Assembly (NCBI RefSeq): GCF_009914755.1
Contig: NC_060928.1
Direction: 5' to 3' (one strand)
DNA: 64,000 bases
DNA from: the human T2T-CHM13v2.0 reference genome, Homo sapiens
The translations under genes and the position numbers were made by a program. Below, one piece after another: positions 13,100-29,148 of the stretch. Numbering within the stretch: position 1 is the stretch's first letter; each line of letters opens with the position of its first letter. The notes under the pieces were generated by a model. The model worked only from the letters and a program-made list of their open reading frames with translations, was not told the origin of the DNA and searched no databases.

Positions 13100-13558
13100 G
13101 GGATGTGGGTAGATATGTGGAAAGAGCCTGGAGCAACAGGGAGGATGTCACAAAAGGGAAGGATGCAGCTCCTGGAGCTGGCTGTGTGGATATGTACAGT
13201 AGTGGGTGGAGGTAGGAGGTGGCACAAAGCTGTAACCCCAGAGCACTGGGAAGATAACACCCCCAGAGTCAAGTCTCAACCTGGGAGGATGAGAGTGGAA
13301 GGGAAGACATCCCCAGGCTCTCTGACCTCTGGCATGACAATTCTGAGTCATGTAACACCACCTCCTCAGGGGCCACCAGTGGACCGCGCCCAGAGCATAC
13401 CCAGCTTGGCAGTGTGTCGTTTTGTGGCTTTTCTTCTTCACTGTCTTTTTTTTTCTGAGTTCTTCACTTCACTTCTGCTTCTTGGGATCATCTGCCAAGT
13501 AAACTACCTGCTCTCTCATCCCTGGCTCAGGGGCTGTTTTGGGGAACACACTAAGGCA
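13100..13558 (+). mobile_element. Old ERVL LTR (LTR16-like), 5' boundary approximate
   Basis: 3' end AAACTACCTG...CCCTGGCTCAGGGGCTGTTTTGGGGAACACACTAAGGCA resembles LTR16 termini. Confidence 0.5.
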
Positions 13559-14624
13559 AGGGTTTTACATCTTACTGATTTAACAGGCTGTGCATCCCCA
13601 GTCACAGGAGAACTTCCAGAAGCAGGGGTTCTCCTCTTCCAGAAGCCTCTCTCCTTGGGCTCCTGCTGCATCATGCTGTGAGCCTCAAACCCTCCAGCAC
13701 AGCAGTGTGGTGACTGCTCAAAAACGGCCGGGAATAACTGCAGCCATCATTGACTGAGCGTTCTGAGCCAGGCACAGTGCTAAGAAGCATATTCTCAAGC
13801 CTCTTCTGATTTAAGATTCACAGCCACCCTGGCACATTTCCTAAATGAGGAAACTGAGGGCTTTTCCCTCCCAGATCACCTGATTAGTCAAAGGCAGAGG
13901 CAGGATTGGAACTTGGGCCCATAAAATAGAAACGTCTATGTTCTTCACCACTGGGCCACAGAGCCAGTTTTCTTGTTTAGGGGATGGGATGGGGCCTGAC
14001 AGGAGGTATAGAGAAGAAAGCTACAACACTAGTCATTGTCTGGACAGTGATCCTTCCCACACTCCTCTGGCCCCGCCCTCTAATTGCCACAGTTGGGAGG
14101 TGGTTCCTGGAGTTATCCCTCCATATCTGGAGCCTAGAAAGCAGTGAAAACTCCTGAGTGATTCAACACTGATTGGACACCAGAGAATATAGGCCCCTAA
14201 GGAATCAAGAATAGGGATAACAGTACCTTAGCCCCAGAAGCCCAGAGCTAGAAAAGAAGAGCTCTCCTCCCTCCCTTCACCCCACCGGACTCCACCCTGC
14301 CCCAGATTATTTTGCAAAGAACAGAGTTTCCATTTAAGGCTCATTGGCTTGGTGTCATAGCATTTAACCTGTCATGATAGACTTTATCAAAATGACCCAG
14401 TCCTCCACCACTGAGAACAAAGGAACTCCAGGGCATGTCGGGCTGGTTCTGGCTGCAGGAAGACATTGTGAAACAGGCGGTAGCAGGAGGGAGGGAACAA
14501 AGCCAAGAGGGTGATGGGCAGGCAGGCTAGGAGAGGGGCACTGGGACCCATAGGTGGAGGGCCCTCACCCACCCTTCACACCCCTACTTCTGAGCTCTTG
14601 TTCAAAGCATGGAGGACTCAGTAC

Positions 14625-14744
14625 CTGGGTTCCTGGCTTCAACGATGCCACAAGATCTTTGACCATTTTCACTTCAGAGACTGTGACCCCACCTACCACA
14701 AAGAGGATCAGGAGGGGGTAGTCACTAGGATGAGGCCGGCTCAC
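14625..14744 (-). CDS. SCFD2: SCFD2 internal coding exon (probably exon 8), 120 nt, phase 0/0
   Basis: Acceptor GTGTTTTGTTTTGCAG|GTG, donor CAG|GTACTG. Encodes VSRPHPSDYPLLILFVVGGVTVSEVKMVKDLVASLKPGTQ, which contains the Sec1/Munc18 C-terminal motif (ilFvvGGvT.sE). Confidence 0.96.
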
Positions 14745-14850
14745 CTGCAAAACAAAACACCAGCAATATCAGATGGATGGCAGTGATGCAGGCACAATGC
14801 AGCTGGGTACCATCTTCATTGTCCCTCTGTAGAAACCTCAGGACTACTAC

Positions 14851-15550
14851 TGATAGTGGCAGGAGGCAGACAAATCCTAGGCAGACAGGGGTGGGTCCCT
14901 GGTGAAACCTGATGACAGTTTAAAACCTAGCTACAAGTCCCGGGTAAATCCATGGACCGGATTGAGAACTTGTCTTCCCATTTGGTGTGTTTTCCTCTGA
15001 TTGATCCCTACCCTTCACCTATTTTACATATACCTACCCTTCCCTAATTGTTTGTTTACACTGTCATGTCCATCTTTGAGCGGTGACTTTGTTTTAGCCT
15101 TTTTTTTGCTTACTTGCAAACCAATCAGCATGCACTCCCCATTCTGAGCCCATAAAAGCCCTGGACTCAGTCACACACAGAGAAAAACCACCTGACTTCG
15201 GTTGGGGGACCACCCTTGCATCCCCTCTCTGCTGAGAGCTGTTCTGTTGTTCAATAAAATTCTTCTCCACGCTCCTCACTTTTCAATTGTCAGTGTGACC
15301 TCTTTCTTCTTGGGCATGGGACAAGAACTCAGGAACCACCAAATGTGGGTATGAGCTATAACATGGGTGAGCTGGGGCATGCCTGCCTAGCCACAGGCTA
15401 AGCCAGTGCACAAGCCAGGTATGGCCCAGTGGGCCGAGTAGGTGGGGCATCTCCTGTGGCAGGCCCAGGGCCTAGCAAGGCCTGGGAGTGGGGTATTGCT
15501 GGCTGTGGAGGTCCCTGGTTGGCAAAGTGGGTGAGAAAAATCCTGCATCA
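14851..15550 (+). mobile_element. ERV1 solo LTR (MER50-like)
   Basis: TG...CA ends (TGATAGTGGCAGGAGGCAG...AAAAATCCTGCATCA). 4-bp TSD CTAC at 14847-14850 and 15551-15554. CCAAT (15121), TATA-like CATAAAA (15151), AATAAA (15253). Confidence 0.8.
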
Positions 15551-16775
15551 CTACCTCCATTATGCAGGTGTGATAAACAGCCCTTAGAGAGATGATGACT
15601 TCTTAGCTACCAGATGTCCCAGTGGTCTGTGAACTCATTGACCAGGAAAATGTATAACACAGTACCTTATTATGTCTCTTTCAATAAAGATTTCATTGAA
15701 AGAAAAGTTAAAGGAGCAGGAGCTACTAAAAACAAGAGAAGGCTGAGGGACAACTTCTTTCTTCCTTGTTAATCTTCAGGTCTCAGCATAAATGTGCCCC
15801 CTTCTTTGTTGCATGGCTCTGTATATTTCCTTCAAAGCATCTACAGCAGCCTGTGGCTACTCTATTTGTTTGTTTATTTATTTGTTTACTTGTTGGCCAT
15901 CTTCTCTACTGGAACATAAACTCCATGAGGCAAGAGCCTCATCCTCCTGGTTTATGCTATTCCCACCTTACCTAGTACAATTTCTTCTACATAATAGGTG
16001 CTCAATAAATGTTAGTGGAATTAATAAATAGTTAAAGCTTTAGGTAGGTGGACGCAGAGGGTATACAAAGATGAAAGAGAACAGGGCCCATCCTCAAGGT
16101 GCTTACAGTACAGTACCGACTTACAGCCCTTAACTTCTTCAAGCTAGCCTGAGCTGAGGGTCCATGTTGCATGGAACCTACACTAGATGCTGTGGAGAAT
16201 TCCTCCTGATTCCTTATGATTTCATCAACGAGGCAAAAATATTCTTATATACTAAAATGAGAATAACTCAAAGTAACCACTCAGGAAATGCAAAACGACC
16301 AATAACTAGACTCAGTGATGGAGACACTGAGGGGACAAGAAGGGATTCCTGAAGACAGTATGTTTTGAGCTGAATCTGGAAGCCACAGTTGGTTTGATGG
16401 AGTGGGCAGGAGAAATAGTGTGAGTCAAGTTCCAGAGAAAATCAGTCACCAGAAGGGTGGAGCGGGACAGGGAGGCCCAGCCAGAATGGAGCATGCATGG
16501 AGTCCTTGCAGGAAAAAGTCTGCCAGCTGCCTGCGTGGCCACCAAAGCCAGAAGGTGGGCAACAGGCTTCACCTCCAGCAAGGAGAGAGGGAATGAAGGT
16601 AGTAAGTGTTCTTGCCCAACACAACGCATCTGTGGGTCACAGGCAGTCCCGAGGAGTGCCTGGGGGAGGAGCAGGTCAAGAGGAAGCCCTTTCTCTTACC
16701 ATCCCCCAACTCCTTTCTCAGCTGAACTCTCTGGCTCCCTTGCCTGATTATACCCACGTCTCAACATCTTATTCT

Positions 16776-17049
<274 letters not shown>

Positions 17050-17289
17050 TCAACATCTTATTCTAAAAGCACTTGAAAGGATGATGCATTAAGTATTCCA
17101 AGTTATGTAAGTTATTCCTTGGCTTCTGAAGAGGAAATTCAGAATGCAAAGGCAGGCAGGCAGGAGGAAAGGAAGGACAGAGAGAAGAGAGAGGACTGGG
17201 GGACTATCTAATGACCTCAAAATAGGTGGTGGTGAATACTGGAAAAAGTTTCAAAACACTCTCATCTTTAGAAAAAGACTCAAGTCCGC

Positions 17290-18110
17290 ATCCTGCTCTG
17301 CACCTCTGTTTCCCCCGACCAATTTGTCAACTGCTTTCTTCCAATCTGCATACCAGACACCATAGCAATGCTGCTTTTGTCCTACTGTACCCTGGAATTG
17401 CTCTCATCGGAGTCACCAATGGCTATCATATTGTAGGAGTCAATGGACACTCCTTTGTCATCATCTAACCTGACATTTCTATGGCATGTCACAGCTGATG
17501 ACACCCTTCTTAGGTACCATGACAGTACTTTCTCTAGGTAGTTCCTTCTACCCTTCTAATTATTTCTTCTCAGATTTCTTAATAGGTTCCCTTTCTTGGT
17601 CTGCCCATTTAAATGTTGTTACTTACAGCTCCATCCTTGGTTCCTTGCCCTTTGCACTCAATGCAACATCCCTGAAGGACCTCATCTTCTCATGTGCCTT
17701 CAATATCTTTTATGTACCTCTCAAACCTATGTCTTTTGCTCAGTCATCTCTATTGAGCTCCTGTGGACATCACCACCCAGCTCCTGCAGACGACACCTCC
17801 TGGGATTTCTGAACTCAACAGGTTTCAAATGTGATCCATGATCTTTTCCCCAAAACCCTTCCTTCTCTTGAATTTCTAACAGCATCACCACCTTCAAAGT
17901 CACCTGAGCCAGGCACATGAGAGACATCTTAGACTTTGCTGTCTCTTTCATCTCCCAGATGACGTTCTATTCATTCTACCTACTTAAGGTTATCAACATC
18001 TCCTTGATTACTTCCACATTAGATCGCTGCTATAGCCTTCAAGTTTGTCTCCCCATCCGCAGTTTGGCCATACCCCATCCATTCTCCTCATTTCTGCCAA
18101 GTATGTTTTC
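17290..18110 (+). mobile_element. Ancient L2 LINE fragment (boundaries approximate)
   Basis: Pyrimidine-rich L2 ORF2/3' signatures, e.g. GTCACCAATG...GTCAATGGACACT and TTCTACCTACTTAA. Confidence 0.55.
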
Positions 18111-21100
18111 TAAAATACAAATATTTATTATTGAAAATAGCAAACATTGTACTAACTATTTTTGTGTATTATCTTATTTAATTCTCAAAATATCCTTAGA
18201 AAGCAAACACAATTATTAGTGTATTTTGCAAATGCAGAGATTGAGGTTCATGCACAGTAATGGATCCAGGAGCAAAACGCCAGAGGCCACACTCTTAAAA
18301 CACCTCTCAGCTCCATCACACACTCAGATTATCTGCATAGAGTCTCATAGCTCTTAGGATAAAGTTCGAACTCTGTATTTCAGCATATAAGGCTTTTACA
18401 ACTTGGCTCTGGTTTATGACTCTATTTTCATCTCCTCCACACACATTATTTGCTGGAACCATTCACAGTGGCTTGTGCCATACCTGAACACCTGGTGTTT
18501 ATTTTTTGGAATATCTGTTAAACATATGATAATTTACTGAGTGTATGCATATCACCAGTGTGCTGCTCCATTAATTTTAAAGTAAACAAACCAGTGTAAC
18601 CAGTACCCAGACCAAGAAACAGAAAACCAGCACCCTGAAGAGACCCTCTCATAACCTACTCCTGTCACTACCTCCCCACAGGCAATCATCATCTTGAACT
18701 CTAACACTCTACCTTATACTTACTCAACCATACACCTTGGGGATTTTCCATATCAGTAAGAAAAGCCTGTAACCTATGGACATGGTGTGGACCACACCAG
18801 TGGGTTTTGGCCTGTTTGTGCTTAGTACTTAGCACCTGGTAAGCTTTCAGTAAATGTTGCATGAATGAAATAGTCATATGAAGGAATGAATCATATCCAC
18901 AGGTTAACAGGAAAGGCCCTTCTTTTCTTAGAAACTCTCCCTTTGCTTTATGCATAGTTCTTCTGGCTGAGTAAGTAACCCAGACCTTCCTTCCAGCCCT
19001 ACAAACAATTGTTGTTTCTCAGTTAATCCTGGGACAGAAATAAATTGGCTCCAGAACTTGAACGTGGTGCAATATGTTCCCAAAGACATATGCTTTCTAT
19101 AAGAGAGTCTGGAATCCAAAGTACATTGGGAGAATCTTGGAAGGATGTATTGACAGATGAAAAGGGAAAAAAAGAAACAAACTGCAACAACAAAGAACAA
19201 TACCCTGGGGCTAAGGAGTGGGGGAATGTTGGTTTTGGTACAAATAAATGGGTCCAATTAACGCATGTTGGTGTTTGCTATTTTGGTTTCTGTTTAGATT
19301 CATGTTTTGATACCAGACTTTTCTTGTGGAGCCGTTCAAGTCAACAGACTGTTGGGAAGTGGAGTCTTTTCAGCCTTTTCCATCAGAATAACACATTCCT
19401 TATAATCAGCCATACATGACTGAGTCCTGTTTGCATGTTTGCATGTTAGTTCATGGTATAAGGCACTTTGAAGATGAAAGACTGAAGCATAACTACTGCA
19501 ATTGCAAATGCACAGATTAATAAAGCAAGTCCGAGTCACTGTTCTTTCTTTCATTTTCTAAATCTTTGCTGGCTGTGATTTTAAGACATCAGTTCTGGTG
19601 AGAGAAGACAGTTTCCTTCCACTATTCCATCCCAACCTTTGCAGCAGAGGTTGCTGAGACCCCTTTTGAGGTGTGCGCCCCTGAGAGAGCTCTTTGATGT
19701 GTTGATTGTCGTCTATCACTGGGGTTGTCAAAAGAAGGGTTTCTGCTGCTGCTTCCAGTTTCTAGGCGCCCTCTAAGAGTTTGGGATCCTGATTCCTCCT
19801 CCACATGGTGCTCCTCCACTCAGTTTCTCTTTATTTGTGACTCATTTGTCCCTACAACAGGCAAGGGGCAGGTCATTCTCCAGCTATGGGCAGGGCCTTG
19901 TAGAAGGAAGACAGTTCAATAGGAGCTTTGGCCTTAAGGGGTACTAAGCCTAGGAAGCACCCAGGTTGACACTGAAGTTGGGCCTTGGTAATGGCTTTTC
20001 TCCCACCAAGAATTAGTAACAGCACTGCCACTCCCTCCGAACACTTCACATCTCATGTTTCATTCATTTATTCATCCATTCAACAAATATTTATTGACCA
20101 ACTACTGTGGGGCCAGACACCATTCTAAGCATCAGAGATTCATCAGTGAACCAAAGAGAAAAGAACCCCTGCTGTCACAGAGCTTATGTTTTAGTGGAGG
20201 GAGAGTGACAGTCAATAAAATCAGTAAGTCAGTGGGTAAGTAAGGAAGGTGGTGAGTGCTATGGAGGAAAATCAGGTGGGGGAGGGTAAGTGACAAGCAT
20301 CACTTTATGCAAGCCTTAGAATCTATGAAGCAGGCAGAAGCCCCATTTCACACAGAGACACAGAGGCTTAACGAGGTGAAATAATTTGTCCAAAGCGGCT
20401 GAACTAGTAAGCTGTAGGGTTGAGGTTGAAATCAAAGACCATCTCACTGCAGAGCAGTAACCGTTCTACCTTTCATTCCACATACCGCCTTTTCCCAACA
20501 AATTCTTCAAACGAAAAGCATTTTTATTAGCATTCATCTCTGAAAACTCTGTATTTTTAGTTCTTTAGAAATATCAGCCAATCACCAGAGCCTTGTGGGA
20601 CTTACTTTTACTTACACTTAATCCCATTGCAAAAGGTTTCCATGCTGCTAGAGCCTGTCGGCTATTCAGCTTGACCTCTCATCTGCTGCAGTTGATGACT
20701 TCCTTTTTCCTGAAACGTGCCCCCTGCCCTCCACTTTCTAAGCCCTCTTAGCTTCTCTCCCTCCTTGGAGGGCTCCTCTTGCTCAACTTGCTCCATGACA
20801 AGCTGTGTTCCTGACTGCTCTGGCCTCTGGCCCCTGATCTTCTCCCAAACATCCTCCCTTGGTGGCCCTGGCCCTGTCCATAGTTCAATGCCTCACACAT
20901 GCCAGTGTCCCCAGATTGCTACCACTGGCCCAAGCTCTGCTGAGCTATAAGGCTGTCTCTCAGGCTCCTAAATTCAACAAGTCTGAAGTGCAAGTTTTCT
21001 TCTTTTCCAGTTCTGCTTCCCAATAGAAACAATGTTAACACTGTCCATTCAGTCACTCCAAACTAAGCAAATGGCCCTAGACAGCCTCCACTCATTTACG

Positions 21101-22061
21101 GCTGCATCCCCTCAATCCCCGTCCGGTGGAATCCACCAGACTTCATCCCTGCCCCCTTGTCCCCTTGGCCCTACTTGACCTTAGACTTTCATCTTCTCAC
21201 CTTCCCTCCCCAAGCCAGTCTGCTCTTGTTTCTGTCTTGTGCACTGCTGCCAGGGTGAACTTCATAAAATGTAAACTGGTTATATATTCCTAGCAAACAT
21301 CCAATGGCACTTCAGTGTTTCTGGTCAAATGTCAAAACTCCAGCCCTCTGGGATCTAGTGTCTGCTTATCTCTGTCTTCCTATTCTTCTACTCCCTGCAG
21401 GTCACCCTTAGCTCCAGCCATTTGGAATTGCCTTCACTCACCTCAATATATGATGGCATTTCATTACTTTGGAGTTCCTAACTCCTGCTGGTCTGGCAAA
21501 ATCCAACTCCCCTGGGAAGCTTTCTCTGACTCCCTGACTGAGCTACTCCTCTGTGTCCTCACATCCCATCCACCACACCACTTATCTCTCCTCTCTGCAA
21601 TCCTCAATTTTCTTATCCATCTCCTTAACAAACTGTAAGCTACATGATATAGCTGTGCTTTGGCAGGTAGGGAACCTGGTTTGTCTCTATATCTTCCTTA
21701 ACCGCAACAATGACTAGCATACAAAAGAGCCTCTCCATCACTGCACACTGTCAGATGCAATACGCAGACTGCCAAAATCAAGTTTGTGTTTTTGCTTTAC
21801 AGTTCATACCAAAATCTATCTCACTTGAACTTATGGATCATGTTTAGCTAATGTTATGCAAATACTGAACCCTATTTCATAGCATGGAGTATGATTAAGA
21901 AAAAGAAAATATAAACAATGGTTTCAAATAGTGTTGCAAAGAGGAATTCCAGGACTTGTACTCATTTAATCAACAAACGTGAACACTGAGATATTTTCCT
22001 CTTGTCGGAAATGCCCTTAAGTCCAATGGACCTAATCCAATAGTTCAACCCTCTGAATCTT

Positions 22062-22246
22062 GCTTTTTCTTCTCTCCTCTCCTCTCCCTTTCTTTCTTTT
22101 CTTTCCCTTCTTTCTCTCTCTCTCTCTCTTTCTTTCTTTCATCTTGCTATGTTGCCCAAGCTAGTTTCAAACTCCTGGGCTCAAGCGATCCTCCTGCCTC
22201 AGCCTCCCCAGCAGCCGGAATTACAGGAGCACTACTGCACCCTGTC
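22062..22246 (-). mobile_element. Alu monomer (FLAM-like) with CT-rich decayed tail
   Basis: TCTTGCTATGTTGCCCAAGCTAGTTTCAAACTCCTGGGCTCAAGCGATCCTCCTGCCTCAGCC. Confidence 0.85.
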
Positions 22247-22419
22247 TTGTTTTTCTTATATGAACAATGTGGAATGGGACTAGATGACCTCCAAGGCATG
22301 TTCAGCTCTCACCATCCAAGGACCTGACATCAGTCTTTACTGACAGCCCATCATTTTTGCTCTGCATTCCAAAGCATCCTTTACCCCTGCTGTATATTCC
22401 TCTGCAGGTATCTGTCCAA

Positions 22420-22860
22420 TCCACAAGCCAACAATCTCCCCTGCCCACATGGTCATAGGAAAGGCTCCTAGCATCCATGCAGTTACAATGTGACCCTGTC
22501 CTTCAGCCACAGTTGATTGGTCCTGGAATGGCCCCCTGACCCAGGGTGGGCCAACTAGAGGCCCTTCCCTGGGAATTCAGGCTTGACCTAAGATAGATAA
22601 GGTTCAGTCAAAGCTGTGGCAATAGCTACTCAACCATTCATTTATACTATTTATTGAGCATCTACAAAATGCAGGGCGCTGTTCTCATGCAGGGCAGAAT
22701 GGGTCTCACAGAACTGCCTGGTTTCCTGATGGCTTTCCAGTTCTTAGTCTCAATCCTTACTGAGGCCTCTCTCATTGCTGTCCTTGGGCTCCCCAGGACA
22801 TCCCATGGGCCTCATAATAAATTTTCCTTTCTTTAAGTTATTGCAATTTGTTGGCATCTT
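22420..22860 (+). mobile_element. Old ERVL-type LTR remnant (LTR33-like)
   Basis: CAGCCACAGTTGATTGGTCC...TGACCCAGGGTGGGCCAA...CCCTTCCCTGGGAATT and a 3' AATAAATTTTCCTTTCTTTAAG. Confidence 0.45.
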
Positions 22861-23984
22861 ACTTCCAATGGAAAGACTTTTAACTTACCCCCTCACCACC
22901 AGCAGCTTTTCAAAGCCTACCTGAGCTTTGAAACTACCTTGCTCTAGTTCTCTTTGTGGTCCTCTTTTTGTTGCCACTTAAGGCAATGGGGGACTCATAT
23001 CCACTCAAACAAGGGACCCAGAGGTAAGCACTGGGCTTTCTGTGAGTCTTTTTCATAGTTTTAAAATTGTTTTCCAATTAAGCATGGCCACATAAGAAAT
23101 GAAAGAACAAAAAAAGAACTTCTTAAAAAGCACACATAAAAGGAGGTAAAAGGGCCTCATGCAGTTTCATTAGATAAAAACCCACCCTTCTCATGTCAAT
23201 TTTAGCAGAGAAAGCATCTTGACAAATCATGTCCTTTAGTCAAAACAAGCTGAGGTCCAAACATATGGAGTAGATAGAAAATAAATTATTTTCAGGAGAC
23301 TGAGATCCAAACCACAAATTCCAGAAATGCACTTTAAAAGTGCTGCCTATTAGACATGCTAGTTTTAAATTAAATTAATGTTGTAGGGAGAGGGGTAAGG
23401 TATGTCTTGATTTATTTGTTAGATCATTATCAAGCTTTCCTCTAAGGAGCTCAAGGTATTCCATGCACAAGGATTTTAGAGAAAAGGCTGTTTGAAGAAT
23501 GTCAGGTTCTGCCAAAGCTGTTTCTCCCTAGTTTGCTAGAACCACTCCCTAGTGGGCTTCACACACTGCCCTTTGAAGCTGACAGCTTTGTGTGGCTAAC
23601 CGCAAGTCTATCCTCTGGTTGAGAAGTACATCAAGTTACTTCAAACACTTTCTCAGAACTGCTGGAAAATGATCTAGTGGGTATACCTGCTCTTCTCCCC
23701 AGCTCATCTGGCTTACTTTATGGGACTTGATGGAGCAAACTTGGGAGAGGAAAGTTCCCTAGCTCAGTTTCTTATCCGGAAGTATTTTTAAAAATGTTAT
23801 ATTGTTAAAAAACATTATGGAAGAATAGCAAACAGGTCTTTCACTAACAAAGCCTTTCTGGGCTCACTTATTTTGAAACCAGCATAGAAGCATGAGTGAC
23901 TTTTCCATCCTCTAGATTGGAGGGAAAACTCCTAGGATTAGCCAAACACTGCCTTGCCTAGCTGGACAGCCAAACATATTTAGG

Positions 23985-24053
23985 TGGGGTACAGATTGTA
24001 TTTTCCAAAAGTGCCCATGACAGTATTTTCTGCTCCTCATGCTCTTGATCCAC
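23985..24053 (+). mobile_element. 5' part of an MLT1G/H-like MaLR LTR, interrupted by the L1
   Basis: CAGATTGTATTTTCCAAAAG...CATGCTCTT start of the LTR. Continues after 30170. Confidence 0.6.
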
Positions 24054-24266
24054 CTTTTTTTTTTATACTTTAAGTTTTAGGATACATGTGCACAACGTAC
24101 AGGTTTGTTACATAAGTATACGTGTGCCATGTGGGTGTGCTGCACCCATTAACTCGTCATTTAGCATTAGGTATATCTCCTAATGCTATCCCTCTCCCCT
24201 ACCCCTACCCCACAACAGTCCCCAGTGTGTGATGTTCCCCTTCCTGTGTCCTTGTGTTCTCATTGT

Positions 24267-28068
<3,802 letters not shown>

Positions 28069-28131
28069 TATGATGTTAGCTGGTTATTTTGCTCTTTAGT
28101 TGATGCAGTTTCTTCCTAGCCTCGATAGTCT

Positions 28132-29148
28132 TTACAATTTGGCATGTTTTTGCAGTGGCTGGTACCGGTTGTTCCTTTCCATGTTTAGTGCTTCTTTCAG
28201 GAGCTCTTTTAGGGCAGGCCTGGTGGTGACAAAATCTCTCAGCATTTGTTTGTCTGTAAAGGATTTTATTTCTCCTTCACTTATGAAGCTTAGTTTGGCT
28301 GGATATGAAATTCTGGGTTGAAAATTCTTTTCTTTAAGAATGTTGAATACTGGCCCCCACTCTCTTCTGGCTTGTGGAGTTTCTGCGGAGAGATCTGCTG
28401 TTAGTCTGATGGGCTTCCCTTTGTGGGTAACCCGACCTTTCTCTCTGGCTGCCCTGAACATTTTTTCCTTCATTTCAACTTTGGTGAATCTGACAATTAT
28501 GTGTCTTGGAGTTGCTCTTCTCGAGGAGTATCTTTGTGGCGTTCCCTGTATTTCCTGAATTTGAATGTTGGCCTGCCTTGCTAGATTGGGGAAGTTCTCC
28601 TGGATAATATCCTGCAGAGTGTTTTCCAACTTGGTTCCATTCTTCCCGTCACTTTCAGGTACATCAGTTAGACGTAGATTTGGTCTTTTCATATAGTCCC
28701 ATATTTCTTGGAGGCTTTGTTCATTTCTTTTTATTCTTTTTTCTCTAAACTTCTCTTCATGCTTCATTTCATTCATTTCATCTTCCATCGCTGATACCCT
28801 TTTTTCCAGTTGATCGCATCGGTTACTTAGGCTTGTGCATTCGTCACGTAGTTCTCGTGCCGTGGTTGTCAGCTCCATCAGGTCCTTTAAGGACTTCTCT
28901 GCATTGGTTATTGTAGTTATACATTTGTCTAATTTTTTTTCAAAGTTTTTAACTGCTTTGCCATGGGTTTGAACTTCCTCCTTTAGCTCGGAGTAGTTTG
29001 ATCTTCTGCAGCCTTCCTCTCTCAACTCGTCAAAGTCATTCTCCGTCCAGTTTTGTTCCGTTGCTGGTGAGGAGCTGCGTTCCTTTGGAGGAGGAGAGGC
29101 GCTCTGATTTTTCGAGTTTCTGGTTTTTCTGCTCTGTTTTTTCCCCAT
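28132..29148 (-). CDS. L1 ORF1p, full length 338 aa, uninterrupted
   Basis: MGKKQSRK...QKHAKL, with coiled coil, RRM and CTD. REKG, ARR and YPAKLS motifs are present. Confidence 0.93.
   Translation of the reverse strand: MGKKQSRKTRNSKNQSASPPPKERSSSPATEQNWTENDFDELREEGCRRSNYSELKEEVQTHGKAVKNFEKKLDKCITTITNAEKSLKDLMELTTTARELRDECTSLSNRCDQLEKRVSAMEDEMNEMKHEEKFREKRIKRNEQSLQEIWDYMKRPNLRLTDVPESDGKNGTKLENTLQDIIQENFPNLARQANIQIQEIQGTPQRYSSRRATPRHIIVRFTKVEMKEKMFRAAREKGRVTHKGKPIRLTADLSAETPQARREWGPVFNILKEKNFQPRISYPAKLSFISEGEIKSFTDKQMLRDFVTTRPALKELLKEALNMERNNRYQPLQKHAKL

Noticed and set aside
13097-13681. 194-aa plus-strand ORF, the longest outside the L1
   Set aside because: It overlaps an old LTR-like repeat and shows no recognisable protein features.
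14565-14750. 61-aa ORF as a standalone gene
   Set aside because: It is SCFD2 exon 8 read through into flanking intron.
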